Below are positions 54,544 to 64,000 of a DNA stretch of 64,000 bases, in pieces. Source of the stretch: a virus; IMG/VR virus record IMGVR_UViG_3300036790_000317, positions 33,921 to 97,920 of that record; one strand, written 5' to 3'. The notes under the pieces are model-generated. The model was not told where the DNA came from. It was given only the letters and a program-made list of their open reading frames with translations, and did no database searches. Position 1 is the stretch's first letter. Each line of letters opens with the position of its first letter. A program made the translations under genes and the position numbers.

Positions 54544-54923
54544 CTGTAATCCTTTTCATGCGCGTAGCCTAGTGCGAGGACGTCCGTGCTGCCGGGAAGC
54601 CCGAGTTTCATCAAGCTCCCGCGCAGCAGCGCCACGTCCTTCCAGTGCCCCGGCTTCTGGCATGGCGGGTCTTCCGGATGCAGCCTGGTGCAGCCGTGGG
54701 TATTATGCCACCGCCGCAGCCTGAGAATGAGGACAGCCTCATCCACGGCACCCGGGTCATCGTGCACTTCCTGGGTTTCTACTATCAGGCCGGCCAGCAG
54801 TATTTCAGACTCCCGGTCTGCAGGTTCCGTAACCGGCGCAGGGCGCCTGCGGGTTAGCTCTAGCTGGAGCATGCTTTCATCTTGCCCCTGATCTTGTGAT
54901 CTCGGGGATGAGGTATTACTCAT
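54540..54923 (-). CDS. Hypothetical protein
   Basis: Overlapping start/stop with neighbours. Confidence 0.5.
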   Translation of the reverse strand: MSNTSSPRSQDQGQDESMLQLELTRRRPAPVTEPADRESEILLAGLIVETQEVHDDPGAVDEAVLILRLRRWHNTHGCTRLHPEDPPCQKPGHWKDVALLRGSLMKLGLPGSTDVLALGYAHEKDYR

Positions 54924-56208
54924 CACTAGCCACGCCTTCTTCAAGCATAGCCTTCATGGCGCCGGTTACCTTGGCCAGGCGTTTTCTCAGTTCCTGGTTT
55001 TCCTGTTCCAGTGCCTCGTACTGATCAGCGCGGGCAGCCTTCGCTAGGAGTTCCTCACGCTCGCTGAGAATCTGGCGGAGTGCCTGCGCAGCAAGATCCG
55101 AGGTGCTCATGCTGGTGAGAACGTCTGTCTCGGGTGCGTGGCTCACCACCACGGGCTCCTCGGGCAGGATGTCAGGTGCAGCACGTGCTGCCTGCCCCGG
55201 CGCTTCTGCGGCGTCCTGAGGCGCTGCCGTGCTTGCCGCGGCGTCTTCCGCGGCTTCGGCAGCCTGCGTCAGCAGCACCTTGCGCACCGTGCTGGACAGG
55301 TTGTGCGTCCCGCCGGTGCCGAGGTGGATGCTCAGCCCGCGTGACGTGGTGAACTGCTGGCCACAGTTCTCGACAAAGCACCTGAAGGGCATGATGTCAT
55401 GGTTGATCAGCCCCGGGTGCATGTTCTTTTCGTGCGCGTACCGGTTGCCGGAGTTCGACAGCACCTTGGCGCAGAACCGGCACGTTGCCGGGGCTCGTTC
55501 CTGCTGGGCTGCCGGCTGCGCCTGGTGTGTGGCAACCTCATGTGCCTTCCGGTCTTTGGGTGACGGGAAACGCTGCCTGCAGCCACGCCGGCAGGTGTAT
55601 TCCACGACGACCGGGGCCGGTGCCCGGTCCTCGCCAGCTTCCTTCGGCGTCAACTTACTGGCGATATGCGCGTGACCGGCTTCGGTACTTGCCTTTTTTA
55701 CTGGCCTGTGGTCAGCCGGAGGCGGCGTGGCATCCCAGGTATCCGCGATGAACCACTGCGGGGTCCGCAGGGCCGGATCAGAACTGGCGTGCGAGCCCCG
55801 GTAGATGTTCACGGCGTTCTTCGACCGGCGCAGGTACGATGACACCTGACCGCGGAAGGCGCCAGCAGCCACGGTATCCGGGTCAGCTGACTTGCCGCTG
55901 AGCTTCCCGTTCAGGGTAGGCCACAGCGTGATGTAAACGTTGGAGAAGACACCGTCCCACCGCCAGCCTTGCCGTGCGCCGGGTTCATCTTCTGCCGCGA
56001 ACCGCGCCTTGCCACCAGTGTAAGCGAGGCCGGCAGGCACGAATTCTTTGTCACCTTGCCGGGCCCTGGCATGAACCCACATCCACACGTGATGTGAGGC
56101 TTCCATGATTGCGCGTGCTCGTGCTTCCCCGGTCAGCTCGATGATATCTCGCCAGTCGGGGACCGTTTCTCCTAGTTTCACCGTGGTGATATCTGCGAAT
56201 GATGGCAT
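54916..56208 (-). CDS. Protein with three C2H2-type zinc fingers and C-terminal coiled coil
   Basis: C..GC...F.......H...H; C..C...L.......H....H; C...NC...F.....L..H...H. Confidence 0.75.
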   Translation of the reverse strand: MPSFADITTVKLGETVPDWRDIIELTGEARARAIMEASHHVWMWVHARARQGDKEFVPAGLAYTGGKARFAAEDEPGARQGWRWDGVFSNVYITLWPTLNGKLSGKSADPDTVAAGAFRGQVSSYLRRSKNAVNIYRGSHASSDPALRTPQWFIADTWDATPPPADHRPVKKASTEAGHAHIASKLTPKEAGEDRAPAPVVVEYTCRRGCRQRFPSPKDRKAHEVATHQAQPAAQQERAPATCRFCAKVLSNSGNRYAHEKNMHPGLINHDIMPFRCFVENCGQQFTTSRGLSIHLGTGGTHNLSSTVRKVLLTQAAEAAEDAAASTAAPQDAAEAPGQAARAAPDILPEEPVVVSHAPETDVLTSMSTSDLAAQALRQILSEREELLAKAARADQYEALEQENQELRKRLAKVTGAMKAMLEEGVASDE

Positions 56209-56292
56209 GGTTTCTCGTTTCCTTCGGAACCTTCCTGGGTACATTTTCAGGCTCACGGTACTGCCTTGCTTGTTGTGTTCTGCTTGTAATAC

Positions 56293-56321
56293 ATACTACA
56301 TGACGTGGTTTCATATGTAAA
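56293..56321 (-). promoter_or_regulatory. Sigma70-type promoter
   Basis: TTTACA-17 nt-TAGTAT. Confidence 0.6.
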
Positions 56322-56357
56322 ACGAGGAGGCAGGAGGCATAAGCCTCCTGCCTCCTC
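56319..56357 (-). terminator. Rho-independent terminator
   Basis: Perfect 15-bp stem GAGGAGGCAGGAGGC/GCCTCCTGCCTCCTC + GTTTT. Confidence 0.8.
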
Positions 56358-56372
56358 AAGAGAGAAGCAAGA

Positions 56373-56648
56373 TCAGCCGGCGATGTTGCCGTTACCCGGC
56401 TGCTGCAAGATTTCCTTGGCCTCGGCTGCTTCCTCCTCGGAAACTGTCATGGCCGAGGCGAACTCTCCGCGGTACATCTGCTCCAGGCTTTCCTGGAGCA
56501 GCGGGTTGCGGAGGAGCTGCTCATCTTCAAGGCGGTACCAGAGCAGCGCCTGCTGCTCTGGTGACAGCCTGCTGATGCTGGCCGCCAGCTGCTCGAACTC
56601 ACGTTGCCGGCGGCTTTTTACCAGCCTTCTGTTCCGGGTCATCATCAT
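56373..56648 (-). CDS. Small hypothetical protein
   Basis: GAAGGA RBS. Confidence 0.55.
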   Translation of the reverse strand: MMMTRNRRLVKSRRQREFEQLAASISRLSPEQQALLWYRLEDEQLLRNPLLQESLEQMYRGEFASAMTVSEEEAAEAKEILQQPGNGNIAG

Positions 56649-56774
56649 GATTTTCCTTCGGTTTCCATGAGCAAGTGCACCGCGCGCTGGTGCACCCTTC
56701 TACTCCGTGCGTGTGCTTCCAGAAGTAGCACGGGGCACATAGCACCGTTCCGTCTGCCTGCCTGAACAGCTTCA

Positions 56775-57392
56775 TCAGAGAGGCCTTACCTTCGCGAGTG
56801 CCTCCGCGATGTCCCGGTCTACCTCTGCTGCCTCGTTGAGAAGACGCTGGGCTGGCTCGGACAGGAACCTGGTGACGGTACCATCTCGGTTCCGGCGTGG
56901 CTGTGTCAGCTCATCCTGCACGGATGCAGCCGTAGCGCACTTCGTCACCTCATGCAGGTTCAGCTCCACGGCAACCGGCGTCCCGGCATCCAGCTGGTCA
57001 AGGTCCACCGGATTACAGGCCGGGAGCGCCTTAGGATCTCCAGGATATCGTTCGAGGAGCATGTTATGTGATTCTAGTTCCTCATACTCCTCATCTGAGA
57101 GTTCTCGGATTAGTTTCGTCACGCCGAGATTACACGGCGGGCCTGGCTGATGATAGAGCACCGACCGCCCGGTGTTAGCAAGGGCGTAGCCACCATTCTC
57201 GTCCGTGACCTTGTACAGGCTCAGCTCCGTCCAGCGAGGCTGGGTACCGGTTCGTGTAGATACCTTCTTGATTAGGTAACCTCGGAAGCTGACCCATCCT
57301 CCGGCTTCCTGGAGGACAACCTCTTCGGGGACGGGAGCCACGGTTTCTCCGGGAATGCCGTTACTTCTGCGGGTGTCTTCTGTCATCTTCAT
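56775..57392 (-). CDS. Hypothetical protein
   Basis: RWTELSLY...GGY...GRS.LYH motif; ATGA overlap. Confidence 0.65.
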   Translation of the reverse strand: MKMTEDTRRSNGIPGETVAPVPEEVVLQEAGGWVSFRGYLIKKVSTRTGTQPRWTELSLYKVTDENGGYALANTGRSVLYHQPGPPCNLGVTKLIRELSDEEYEELESHNMLLERYPGDPKALPACNPVDLDQLDAGTPVAVELNLHEVTKCATAASVQDELTQPRRNRDGTVTRFLSEPAQRLLNEAAEVDRDIAEALAKVRPL

Positions 57393-57760
57393 TCCTCTTC
57401 CTCCTCGGCAGGCTCGGTGATACCGATATTACCTGTGTTTCCAGCATGCCGGAGGCTAGCAGCCCGGGACAGCGCAGAAAGAACCTCTTCCCGGGCGGCC
57501 TGAGCCTGCTCGGCTGAGCCGTGCTCCGTCACGAGGATAACGGGGCGCTCGTCATCGAAGTTCCGCGCCCAGACTGGCCTTCCCGTCACGATCCCGGGAA
57601 TGCCCTCTTGTGATTTTGCCCTTTCGGTTACGGGGATTCTGTGCCCGTTCATTAGTGCGTTGGCCGCAGAGATGGCACTAGCCTTGTCAGATGCCTCTGC
57701 CATGAGCAGGGGGACCGGCGCGCCGTCTGCCATGGTGACGTATATCTCGTAAAACGGCAT
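57389..57760 (-). CDS. Hypothetical protein
   Basis: Coupled to downstream gene. Confidence 0.5.
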   Translation of the reverse strand: MPFYEIYVTMADGAPVPLLMAEASDKASAISAANALMNGHRIPVTERAKSQEGIPGIVTGRPVWARNFDDERPVILVTEHGSAEQAQAAREEVLSALSRAASLRHAGNTGNIGITEPAEEEEE

Positions 57761-57901
57761 AGCTTAGCCAGGCCACACCATGACGGCAGTGATCTCTGCA
57801 GGATAGCAGACTATCAGAATATGCATGCGTTCATCGCCGTCCTTTTCATTCGTTCCTGGTGATCAGTTTAGCTGCCTGGTTATGTCTTGTAAAGCAGCAT
57901 G

Positions 57902-58255
57902 TCACAGCCTTGTCCAGGTCATCCTTCCCTTCGCGGCCTCCGGCTTCTTGTGCCACGTGTGCCCCAGGCCGTGGCAGACGGGGCAGTTCCGCTGGTTGGC
58001 GAGTTTTGCCTGGATCCGGCCATGTGCCTGGCCGTGCTTATGAGAGCGCATGTGCTTCGGGATGGCAGCCCACCCCCTGTCCGGGTCCAGCCACTGCGCC
58101 CCCCACCCGGTACACGTCTGGCACTGCTGCTTTCTCAGTGACTTCGGTGACACCCACGCAACCCAGAACAGCCCGTCCCGGCGGAAGATCCTCCACAGCC
58201 AGGCAAGCCCCCACACGGCCATGACAACGAGCAGAAAACCGATAACTGCCAGCAT
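57902..58255 (-). CDS. Membrane protein with DnaJ-type Zn motifs
   Basis: N-terminal TM; CQTCTGWG and CPVCHGLG. Confidence 0.55.
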   Translation of the reverse strand: MLAVIGFLLVVMAVWGLAWLWRIFRRDGLFWVAWVSPKSLRKQQCQTCTGWGAQWLDPDRGWAAIPKHMRSHKHGQAHGRIQAKLANQRNCPVCHGLGHTWHKKPEAAKGRMTWTRL

Positions 58256-58502
58256 GCCTTCATTCTTTCTAGTGGGCTTATCTTGCCTAATCACAGACTA
58301 TCTGAAGGCATCTCACGGGTGTATGGTCACACTACTGCGAGATGCTACGGGCGGCAGCAAGCCCCCTCGACCTGCTGCCGCCCGTCCCCGCCCCGCAGAC
58401 CCATCTCACCCAGCACCAGAAGGAGGCAGATGCGCCACAATTACCAAAATATCACAGAGTATACACCTTGTACACCCCGGAGTACCATCAGGCGGGTGAA
58501 GC

Positions 58503-60488
58503 ATGGCTGATATCACCGCCATTCCCCGGGCGCTGCGCGCCTCCCGCTTCCTCATGCTCCGGCCGGGGACGAAGCGCCCCGCCCAGCCCAACGCAACGCT
58601 GGAGCACGGCGCGCTGTGGGACGCGTCCACGGACACGTTCCTTGCCCGCGGTGACCAGCGAGTCGGCATCTTCATGGCCGGGCGGTACGTCGTCCTCGAC
58701 GCCGACCTCAAGCAGGACTTCGAGGATGACGGGTCCGGCAGCCAGGTCGTCGTCATCACGAGGACGGGCAACGACGACGTAGCCCGGCTCATCGCCGAGG
58801 CCGGGCTTGACGGCCTGCCGGCTACGGTCAAGATCCGCACGCAGGGCGGCGGCACGCACTGGTACTTCGAGCAGAACCCGGAGTGCCGCGTTACCCAGAG
58901 GCGCATCGGGTACCTCGACGTGCGCGCAGCACCCAATGCCTACTGCGCCATCGGGGCGGGCTACCAGCTGCTTGAGGATGCGCCTCAGGTAGCAACCTTG
59001 CCCCTCGAACTCGCCCGGGTCATCATGACTGCCCAGGCTGCTCATGCCGAGGTCAACGGCGAGCCTGAGCAGAACGGGCATGCCACCTCCGCCTACGGTG
59101 ACAAGGACTCGGCGTTCAACAACTGGCTGACCCAGGTCAAGGGCTCGGTCGTCAAGGACGGCTGCACCAACGACGAGGCGAACGCGATCGTGTGGCGGCT
59201 GAACGAGATCAGCCGTGACCCGATTACCCGCGAGAAATTCGATGAGACGGTTGGGCGGGACAAGGGCTGGGTACCCGGGCTCAAACTCTCTACGGACATG
59301 CTGGCATGGGTCGAAGAAGTTGCAAGCCGTACTGATGGCACTGATGAAGACACCTTCTTTGCAGAAAAGATCCGCACTGAACCCAAATACCAGACGATGG
59401 CCATCGACATTGCTTTCCGTCGGTGGGTGACGGACAAGCTCAAGGAAGCAAAGCCTCCGGAAGAAAGCACATGGGACGAGATTGATATCGGCCCACTGCT
59501 CGGAGACGAGGCAGCAAACACCATCTTTCCAGATTGTCTTACCCGGGAAGACGGGCAGCATCTCTGCTACACGGCATCAACTCTCTGGTCGTGGGGCGAG
59601 CCGGGGCATGGCAAGACGATCCTCTGCCTGCTCTGGGCAGCACAAGAAATCCAGCACAATCGGCATGTTATCTGGCTGGACTTCGAACACCAGCTGCAAG
59701 GAACCATCCAGAAACTGCTGACCTTGTTCAACTGCACCAAGAACCAGCTCCGGGAGTTCCTGCATGTCCGGCAGCCAAACGACCAGCTCCTCACGCACGA
59801 CAGGAAGAAGCTGCTCCTTGAGGTGGAGAGGCTAGAGCCTGCTCTTATCGTGATGGATGCTTGTAACGACTTCCTTAATCTCCAGGGTGGCAGGCACAAT
59901 GACGTAGACCCGATCGCAAATCTTGATCAGAAACTACTCCAGCCTTTTAAGCGTCTCGGTGCTGCCTGTGCTGTCATCGACCACGTTGCCAAGAGTGAAG
60001 AAGCCCGTGGCTGGCCGGTCAACTCAGGCCACAAGAAGGCCGCGACAGAGTCAGGCTTCCAGATCCGCCGCGTTGCTCCGTTTACGAGGGACGTGCCAGG
60101 ATATTCCAAGATCATTAGTCAGAAAGACAGGAACGGGACGTTCCCAGACGGCAGCACGATCGGGTATCTCGTTGTCTCGCGAGGCCGGGCATGGCTAGCG
60201 TGTGAGCCTCCGATCAGTGTTATGTCAGCCGGGGCACAGGAAGCGGTTAAAGGCGAGGTCATCAAGTCTCAAGATCAGACAAGCATCGCCCGCCGGCTCC
60301 GGATCCTCCAGCTCATTTCTGACCGGCCAGGCACTCTGACCCGGATCAAGGCAGCAGGCCTGCTGGAGGACAAGAACACAAGTGGCTACAGCGCCAAGTC
60401 GTTCGACCGGACCATCACGGACATGCTCAAGACGGATGTCCCTGAGCTAGTGGAAGGTCTAGACGGTACGCTCAGCCTGGATGTCTGA
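58503..60488 (+). CDS. Bifunctional primase-polymerase fused to RecA-type (AAA_25) helicase
   Basis: K.P, VVLDAD, T.GGG.HWYF, LDVR; GEPGHGKT, WLDFE, VMD, VIDH. Confidence 0.88.
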   Translation: MADITAIPRALRASRFLMLRPGTKRPAQPNATLEHGALWDASTDTFLARGDQRVGIFMAGRYVVLDADLKQDFEDDGSGSQVVVITRTGNDDVARLIAEAGLDGLPATVKIRTQGGGTHWYFEQNPECRVTQRRIGYLDVRAAPNAYCAIGAGYQLLEDAPQVATLPLELARVIMTAQAAHAEVNGEPEQNGHATSAYGDKDSAFNNWLTQVKGSVVKDGCTNDEANAIVWRLNEISRDPITREKFDETVGRDKGWVPGLKLSTDMLAWVEEVASRTDGTDEDTFFAEKIRTEPKYQTMAIDIAFRRWVTDKLKEAKPPEESTWDEIDIGPLLGDEAANTIFPDCLTREDGQHLCYTASTLWSWGEPGHGKTILCLLWAAQEIQHNRHVIWLDFEHQLQGTIQKLLTLFNCTKNQLREFLHVRQPNDQLLTHDRKKLLLEVERLEPALIVMDACNDFLNLQGGRHNDVDPIANLDQKLLQPFKRLGAACAVIDHVAKSEEARGWPVNSGHKKAATESGFQIRRVAPFTRDVPGYSKIISQKDRNGTFPDGSTIGYLVVSRGRAWLACEPPISVMSAGAQEAVKGEVIKSQDQTSIARRLRILQLISDRPGTLTRIKAAGLLEDKNTSGYSAKSFDRTITDMLKTDVPELVEGLDGTLSLDV

Positions 60489-60699
60489 GTTTGTCTGAAG
60501 CGTGTCTGGAAGATCAGACAGACACGTGACTGTCTGGTGTCTGATCTTGAAAATATCAGATCGTCTAAGCTTGTGACATGCTATTATGCCAGACAAGTTA
60601 GTTGTCTGGAACTTGTCTGAAGATCAGACATTGAGGTTCAGACAAATAGCACCCCCTACGGGGGTGCTTGTTGTCTAAAGATCATTTGTCTGATGTCTG
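60482..60699. repeat. Iteron-like TGTCTG/CAGACA array plus hairpin; probable replication origin
   Basis: About 14 copies in both orientations directly after prim-pol; GCACCCCC-TAC-GGGGGTGC at 60649-60667. Confidence 0.7.
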
Positions 60700-60711
60700 G
60701 GAGGATCTTGA

Positions 60712-60945
60712 GTGGCCGAGGTGAAGTGGCTGTATGACATGTGCAAGGAACCAGCAGCCTGGATCACAGTAGATGTGTCATCTCAATTTCGCAGGCTAGA
60801 CATTCTTGACATCAAATTTCAAGATCGTCAGGAGCAGCAGGTCACGGTCTCTGCCGGGATCACCTCTGCCGAGGTCGATGCGTTCCATGGTGAGCCGGTG
60901 CACATTACGACCCCACTCTTCCCAGGCCCTGATTACTCGCTCTAG
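60712..60945 (+). CDS. Hypothetical protein
   Basis: GGAGG RBS + GTG. Confidence 0.45.
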   Translation: MAEVKWLYDMCKEPAAWITVDVSSQFRRLDILDIKFQDRQEQQVTVSAGITSAEVDAFHGEPVHITTPLFPGPDYSL

Positions 60946-61344
60946 CTTGTCTTCTTTTCCTGGAGGGGTAGCGAGGCAGAGCATGAAGCAAGCTTCCTGC
61001 TTGCCTGACAGTGATCTCAGATTCCTGATGTCATTACCTGCCCACTTTTCGATACCGACTGCGGTGTCATCAGAGTCTGGGTTGCTGTGACCGAGGTACT
61101 TTGCCTTTACCTCAGCAGCGCAGCTTTCGTTACCAAGATCCAGATGACCGGTGTATCTTGCCCCTGATGCACTAGTCTTGGGTACCATAAACTCACCAAC
61201 AAGAGTACGAGAACAGCTCAAAAGTCTTAGCTGCCACGCAAGTTCTGCGTTCGAGGAATTTGAGTTAAAGATATCCGTTGCCAGAATATGCAGCATCAGC
61301 TCGTTTTCACGCAGTGCTGCAAGCATCTTCGTGACAGAATCCAT
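60796..61344 (-). CDS. Possible PD-(D/E)XK nuclease-like protein
   Basis: AAGGAG RBS; GE....HLDL....AEVK. Confidence 0.5.
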   Translation of the reverse strand: MDSVTKMLAALRENELMLHILATDIFNSNSSNAELAWQLRLLSCSRTLVGEFMVPKTSASGARYTGHLDLGNESCAAEVKAKYLGHSNPDSDDTAVGIEKWAGNDIRNLRSLSGKQEACFMLCLATPPGKEDKLERVIRAWEEWGRNVHRLTMERIDLGRGDPGRDRDLLLLTILKFDVKNV

Positions 61345-61375
61345 TTGTAACTCCTTCAGAGCAGAGGTGAACGGC

Positions 61376-61984
61376 ATGGTTAGAGCTGCTAAACCGTTGA
61401 GCAAGATTTACCAGAAAGGCTGGTCATGGCCGCCGGCACCTGAGACGAGGTGCGGGCATGGTTCCGAGGAACGGTACACCCGCGAGATCCGGGCGGCGCT
61501 GCCTGGAATTATCACGCAGACGGGATCGAACGTTATAGAAGCAGGCTGCGGGGACCTGCACTGGCTGCAGGGAGCCGTGCTGCCGGCGGGCACGCGGTAT
61601 GCAGGATACGACGTCTGCGAGTGGGAGACATGGCCGGCGCTGCGGGCAGCGGGCTGGGACCTGCGAGTTACCGAGGACGTGACGACGGAAAACTTGCCAG
61701 CGTGTGATCTCATCATCTGCCGGGCAGTCATGATTCACTGGCCCGATGACATGTGCCTGCGGTTTCTAGAGCTTGCCCGTAGCCGGGCGGCGTGGCTGCT
61801 TGCCACGACCTACGAGAATGCAAGCAACGAGGGCAGGATAGCCAGACCTGGCAAGGATTACTCACGCCTCGACCTGACCACAGCTCCGTTCAGCCTCGGC
61901 ACGCCTGCGGAACTCATCCATGACGGAGACGCGAAAGACCGGTATCTGGGGCTGTGGGATCTGCGTGCCCTGAACACGGTGTGA
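61376..61984 (+). CDS. Class I SAM-dependent methyltransferase
   Basis: CGHGS, VIEAGCGD, DLIICR.V.IH, LLATT. Confidence 0.8.
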   Translation: MVRAAKPLSKIYQKGWSWPPAPETRCGHGSEERYTREIRAALPGIITQTGSNVIEAGCGDLHWLQGAVLPAGTRYAGYDVCEWETWPALRAAGWDLRVTEDVTTENLPACDLIICRAVMIHWPDDMCLRFLELARSRAAWLLATTYENASNEGRIARPGKDYSRLDLTTAPFSLGTPAELIHDGDAKDRYLGLWDLRALNTV

Positions 61985-62011
61985 CGGGCCGCTGATGAGG
62001 CAGCCTGCAGA

Positions 62012-63292
62012 TTAGTGTAGCTGTGATAGTTGTTCACGCAGCCAGTCGATATCTTCACGAGACAGCTTCGCTTGCTTGATTTCTGCAAGAATATATTCTC
62101 GTGGCTTAGGCTTTAGTCGATCCTGGGCAACCGCGACTACTTTGCCGAGGATCATGCTGTTATCTCTGTGACCAAGTTCTTTGCCGATCTCGGTTTGAGT
62201 AAGGCCTTGCTCGAGGCCTGCGACCGCGGCTTTAGTAAGTTTCTCGTACTCATCTTCACTTGGGACGTTACTGCCGGTTCCGCTCCCTGGTGTGCGGCCG
62301 TGAGCCGGTTCACCTTCGCTGGTTGTTAGGTGCTGGCACGTTTTGGTTGTCAACTTGACAACCAAAATTGCGCATCTTGCAGCGACGGTGTTGTGCGAGA
62401 TACCATCGCCTAGACGTTTAGCAATAGCACTGTGGCTCAGTTCAGGGTACTCGATGAGTGCTGCGTCGATGCGTGCCCACTTGGCTTTGCGTGAGGCACT
62501 GTCGATGCCAAGATCACGAGCTACCTGGTCACGATCGAAGCCGGCATCTTGAAACGCTTTTACGAGATCACGACGCTGCTTACCAGTGAGATGCTTCCGG
62601 GTTAGGGAGTCGAGGATGATCCGGGCCGCACCAATATCGTCTCCTCGGAATGGTTCTCGGTGGGCATTTGCACCAGCACGGCGAGCTGCTTCTTCACGAT
62701 GCCGGCCATCAAGAGTACGTCCTTTGTACGTAATGATAGGAAACTGAGGAAGATATCCTTCCTCGAGCATGTTCCGCTCTAGTTCACAGACGAGTTCCTC
62801 GTCCAGCGGTCCAAGGAACCGCGTAAGGTCACTAATGATCGCTAGCGCCGCGGCATTTTCCATGCCTACCCTTGCGGTGCGAGCATCTTCACCGGGGCTA
62901 TACGAAACTTTCCGGTTTCCTCGCCCAGGGCGGCGGATACGCGGCAGCTTACCGAGGTCAATCCAGATCTTGCCATCACCATCTTGAAGATCCAAAATAT
63001 GCGGAATGAAATATTCAACCAGGGCGTCTGCGCCCGTGTCGCTGAGCTGCCGCTGGGTCATATTATCATCGGGGTGAAGAACTCTGCCGTACCGGTCAGC
63101 GACACCTGAGGGAATGCGATTCCTGATATGATCTTGAAGTTGCCTCAGGGTAACGGCAGTATCACTGCTCGTGCCTCCTAGTTCTCCGATGCCATCGAGG
63201 ATGATGTGACAGACATGGACCTCAGCTTCTGCCCGGACGTCTCGGAGCGTAAGAGGCTGCTGCTTGCTCATGATTTTCCTTCCCCCAGACAT
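62012..63292 (-). CDS. ParB/Srx-like domain protein with HTH motifs
   Basis: PII......LDGRHR..AA; SHSAIAKRLG; TQTEIGKELG. Confidence 0.7.
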   Translation of the reverse strand: MSGGRKIMSKQQPLTLRDVRAEAEVHVCHIILDGIGELGGTSSDTAVTLRQLQDHIRNRIPSGVADRYGRVLHPDDNMTQRQLSDTGADALVEYFIPHILDLQDGDGKIWIDLGKLPRIRRPGRGNRKVSYSPGEDARTARVGMENAAALAIISDLTRFLGPLDEELVCELERNMLEEGYLPQFPIITYKGRTLDGRHREEAARRAGANAHREPFRGDDIGAARIILDSLTRKHLTGKQRRDLVKAFQDAGFDRDQVARDLGIDSASRKAKWARIDAALIEYPELSHSAIAKRLGDGISHNTVAARCAILVVKLTTKTCQHLTTSEGEPAHGRTPGSGTGSNVPSEDEYEKLTKAAVAGLEQGLTQTEIGKELGHRDNSMILGKVVAVAQDRLKPKPREYILAEIKQAKLSREDIDWLREQLSQLH

Positions 63293-63296
63293 GTCA

Positions 63297-63339
63297 GACG
63301 GGCAAGGCTGAAAGTATAATTATACCAGCCTTGCCCGTC
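63297..63339. promoter_or_regulatory. Inverted repeat enclosing TATAAT (operator/promoter or hairpin)
   Basis: GACGGGCAAGGCTG-AAAGTATAATTATAC-CAGCCTTGCCCGTC. Confidence 0.55.
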
Positions 63340-63358
63340 CGAGGTTACTGCGCTGTCG

Positions 63359-64000
63359 TTACCCCATGTCGCTGTAGCCTGTAAGGGCTCTGCTGATATA
63401 CTCGCTTGCGCGCTGGAGAAGGATGTGGGTCTTATCTCTAGTGTCTGGGTTCCGGTCGTTGAGCGTCCCGGCATCAAGCTGGTTGCGGAACCAGCCGACG
63501 TGCATCGCGAGCTGCTGTGTCCATAGCACCGATTTGCCGTGGATGCCGAACTTCCGCTCCTCGATGACCGGCTGGTAGAAGGTTCTTGCCTCTCTGATGA
63601 TGTCCTTCTGCGCGTTTGCGCTGCCTGCCGTCGCGATGTTGTGAACGATGGTACGAACGTTTGCTACCGTGAGCCCGGCGTCTCCTGCTAGCGCTACGAG
63701 GTCAAGGAATACCTCGTTGAGCTGCACCTGCAAGATCAGTGCTTTTACGCTGACCGGCAGGTCACCTAGCACCTCGAGCTTGAGTGCTGCGCACCGATCA
63801 TCGAATTTTTTGGCAGCGATTGCCGTGAGCAGGAAGCTCTTGGTTCGGCCGGTGATCTTGATCAGCTCATCTGCCGTTGGCAGCTGGCCGTTCTGGTTTC
63901 TGATGTAGTCCTGGATTTCGGCGTTAGTCATCCGCTTGCCGAACCGGCAGTTCAGTTCAAGACTGAGCGTCCGTGCGGCTGTAGCGGACTTGATTGAGAC
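63359..64000 (-). CDS. Hypothetical, possibly ParB-like C-terminal part (5'-partial)
   Basis: Frame open to window edge; LN...G..MT..E followed by HTH-like segment. Confidence 0.55.
   Translation of the reverse strand, partial: VSIKSATAARTLSLELNCRFGKRMTNAEIQDYIRNQNGQLPTADELIKITGRTKSFLLTAIAAKKFDDRCAALKLEVLGDLPVSVKALILQVQLNEVFLDLVALAGDAGLTVANVRTIVHNIATAGSANAQKDIIREARTFYQPVIEERKFGIHGKSVLWTQQLAMHVGWFRNQLDAGTLNDRNPDTRDKTHILLQRASEYISRALTGYSDMG

Noticed and set aside
1-64000. Prophage boundary or host DNA (because of rplL, hup, def, tRNAs)
   Set aside because: These genes lack their chromosomal operon context and are interleaved with phage genes; no integrase or att site seen

Overview
A 64-kb internal segment of a high-GC tailed phage (siphovirus-like, probably infecting an actinomycete). 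1-25.1 kb (+) is a virion operon: accessory virion proteins, an embedded NDP-sugar/glycosyltransferase block, head-tail joining genes, major tail protein, a frameshifted tail chaperone, tape measure, minor tails and two membrane proteins. An antisense peptide deformylase and a truncated UDP-glucose-dehydrogenase-like gene interrupt this operon. 25.1-58.3 kb (-) holds three things: (a) a hand-annotated array of 37 tRNAs covering all 20 amino acids (including Ile-UAU), interleaved with rplL (bL12), HU and a DUF397-repeat gene, and ending in an uncharacterised protein followed by two tandem, circularly permuted tRNA-like RNA modules; (b) a predicted cytosine-hypermodification set (Asp-type thymidylate-synthase homologue, kinase-UDG fusion, all-alpha dNTPase, dCMP deaminase, two GT-B glycosyltransferases, a C5-methyltransferase); and (c) replication/recombination genes, including a DNA polymerase A split by a small insertion. 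58.5-64 kb holds a prim-pol/helicase, an iteron-like origin, a methyltransferase and ParB-like genes. No capsid, terminase, integrase or endolysin gene was recognised. All calls come from manual reading and motif recognition; no searches were run.
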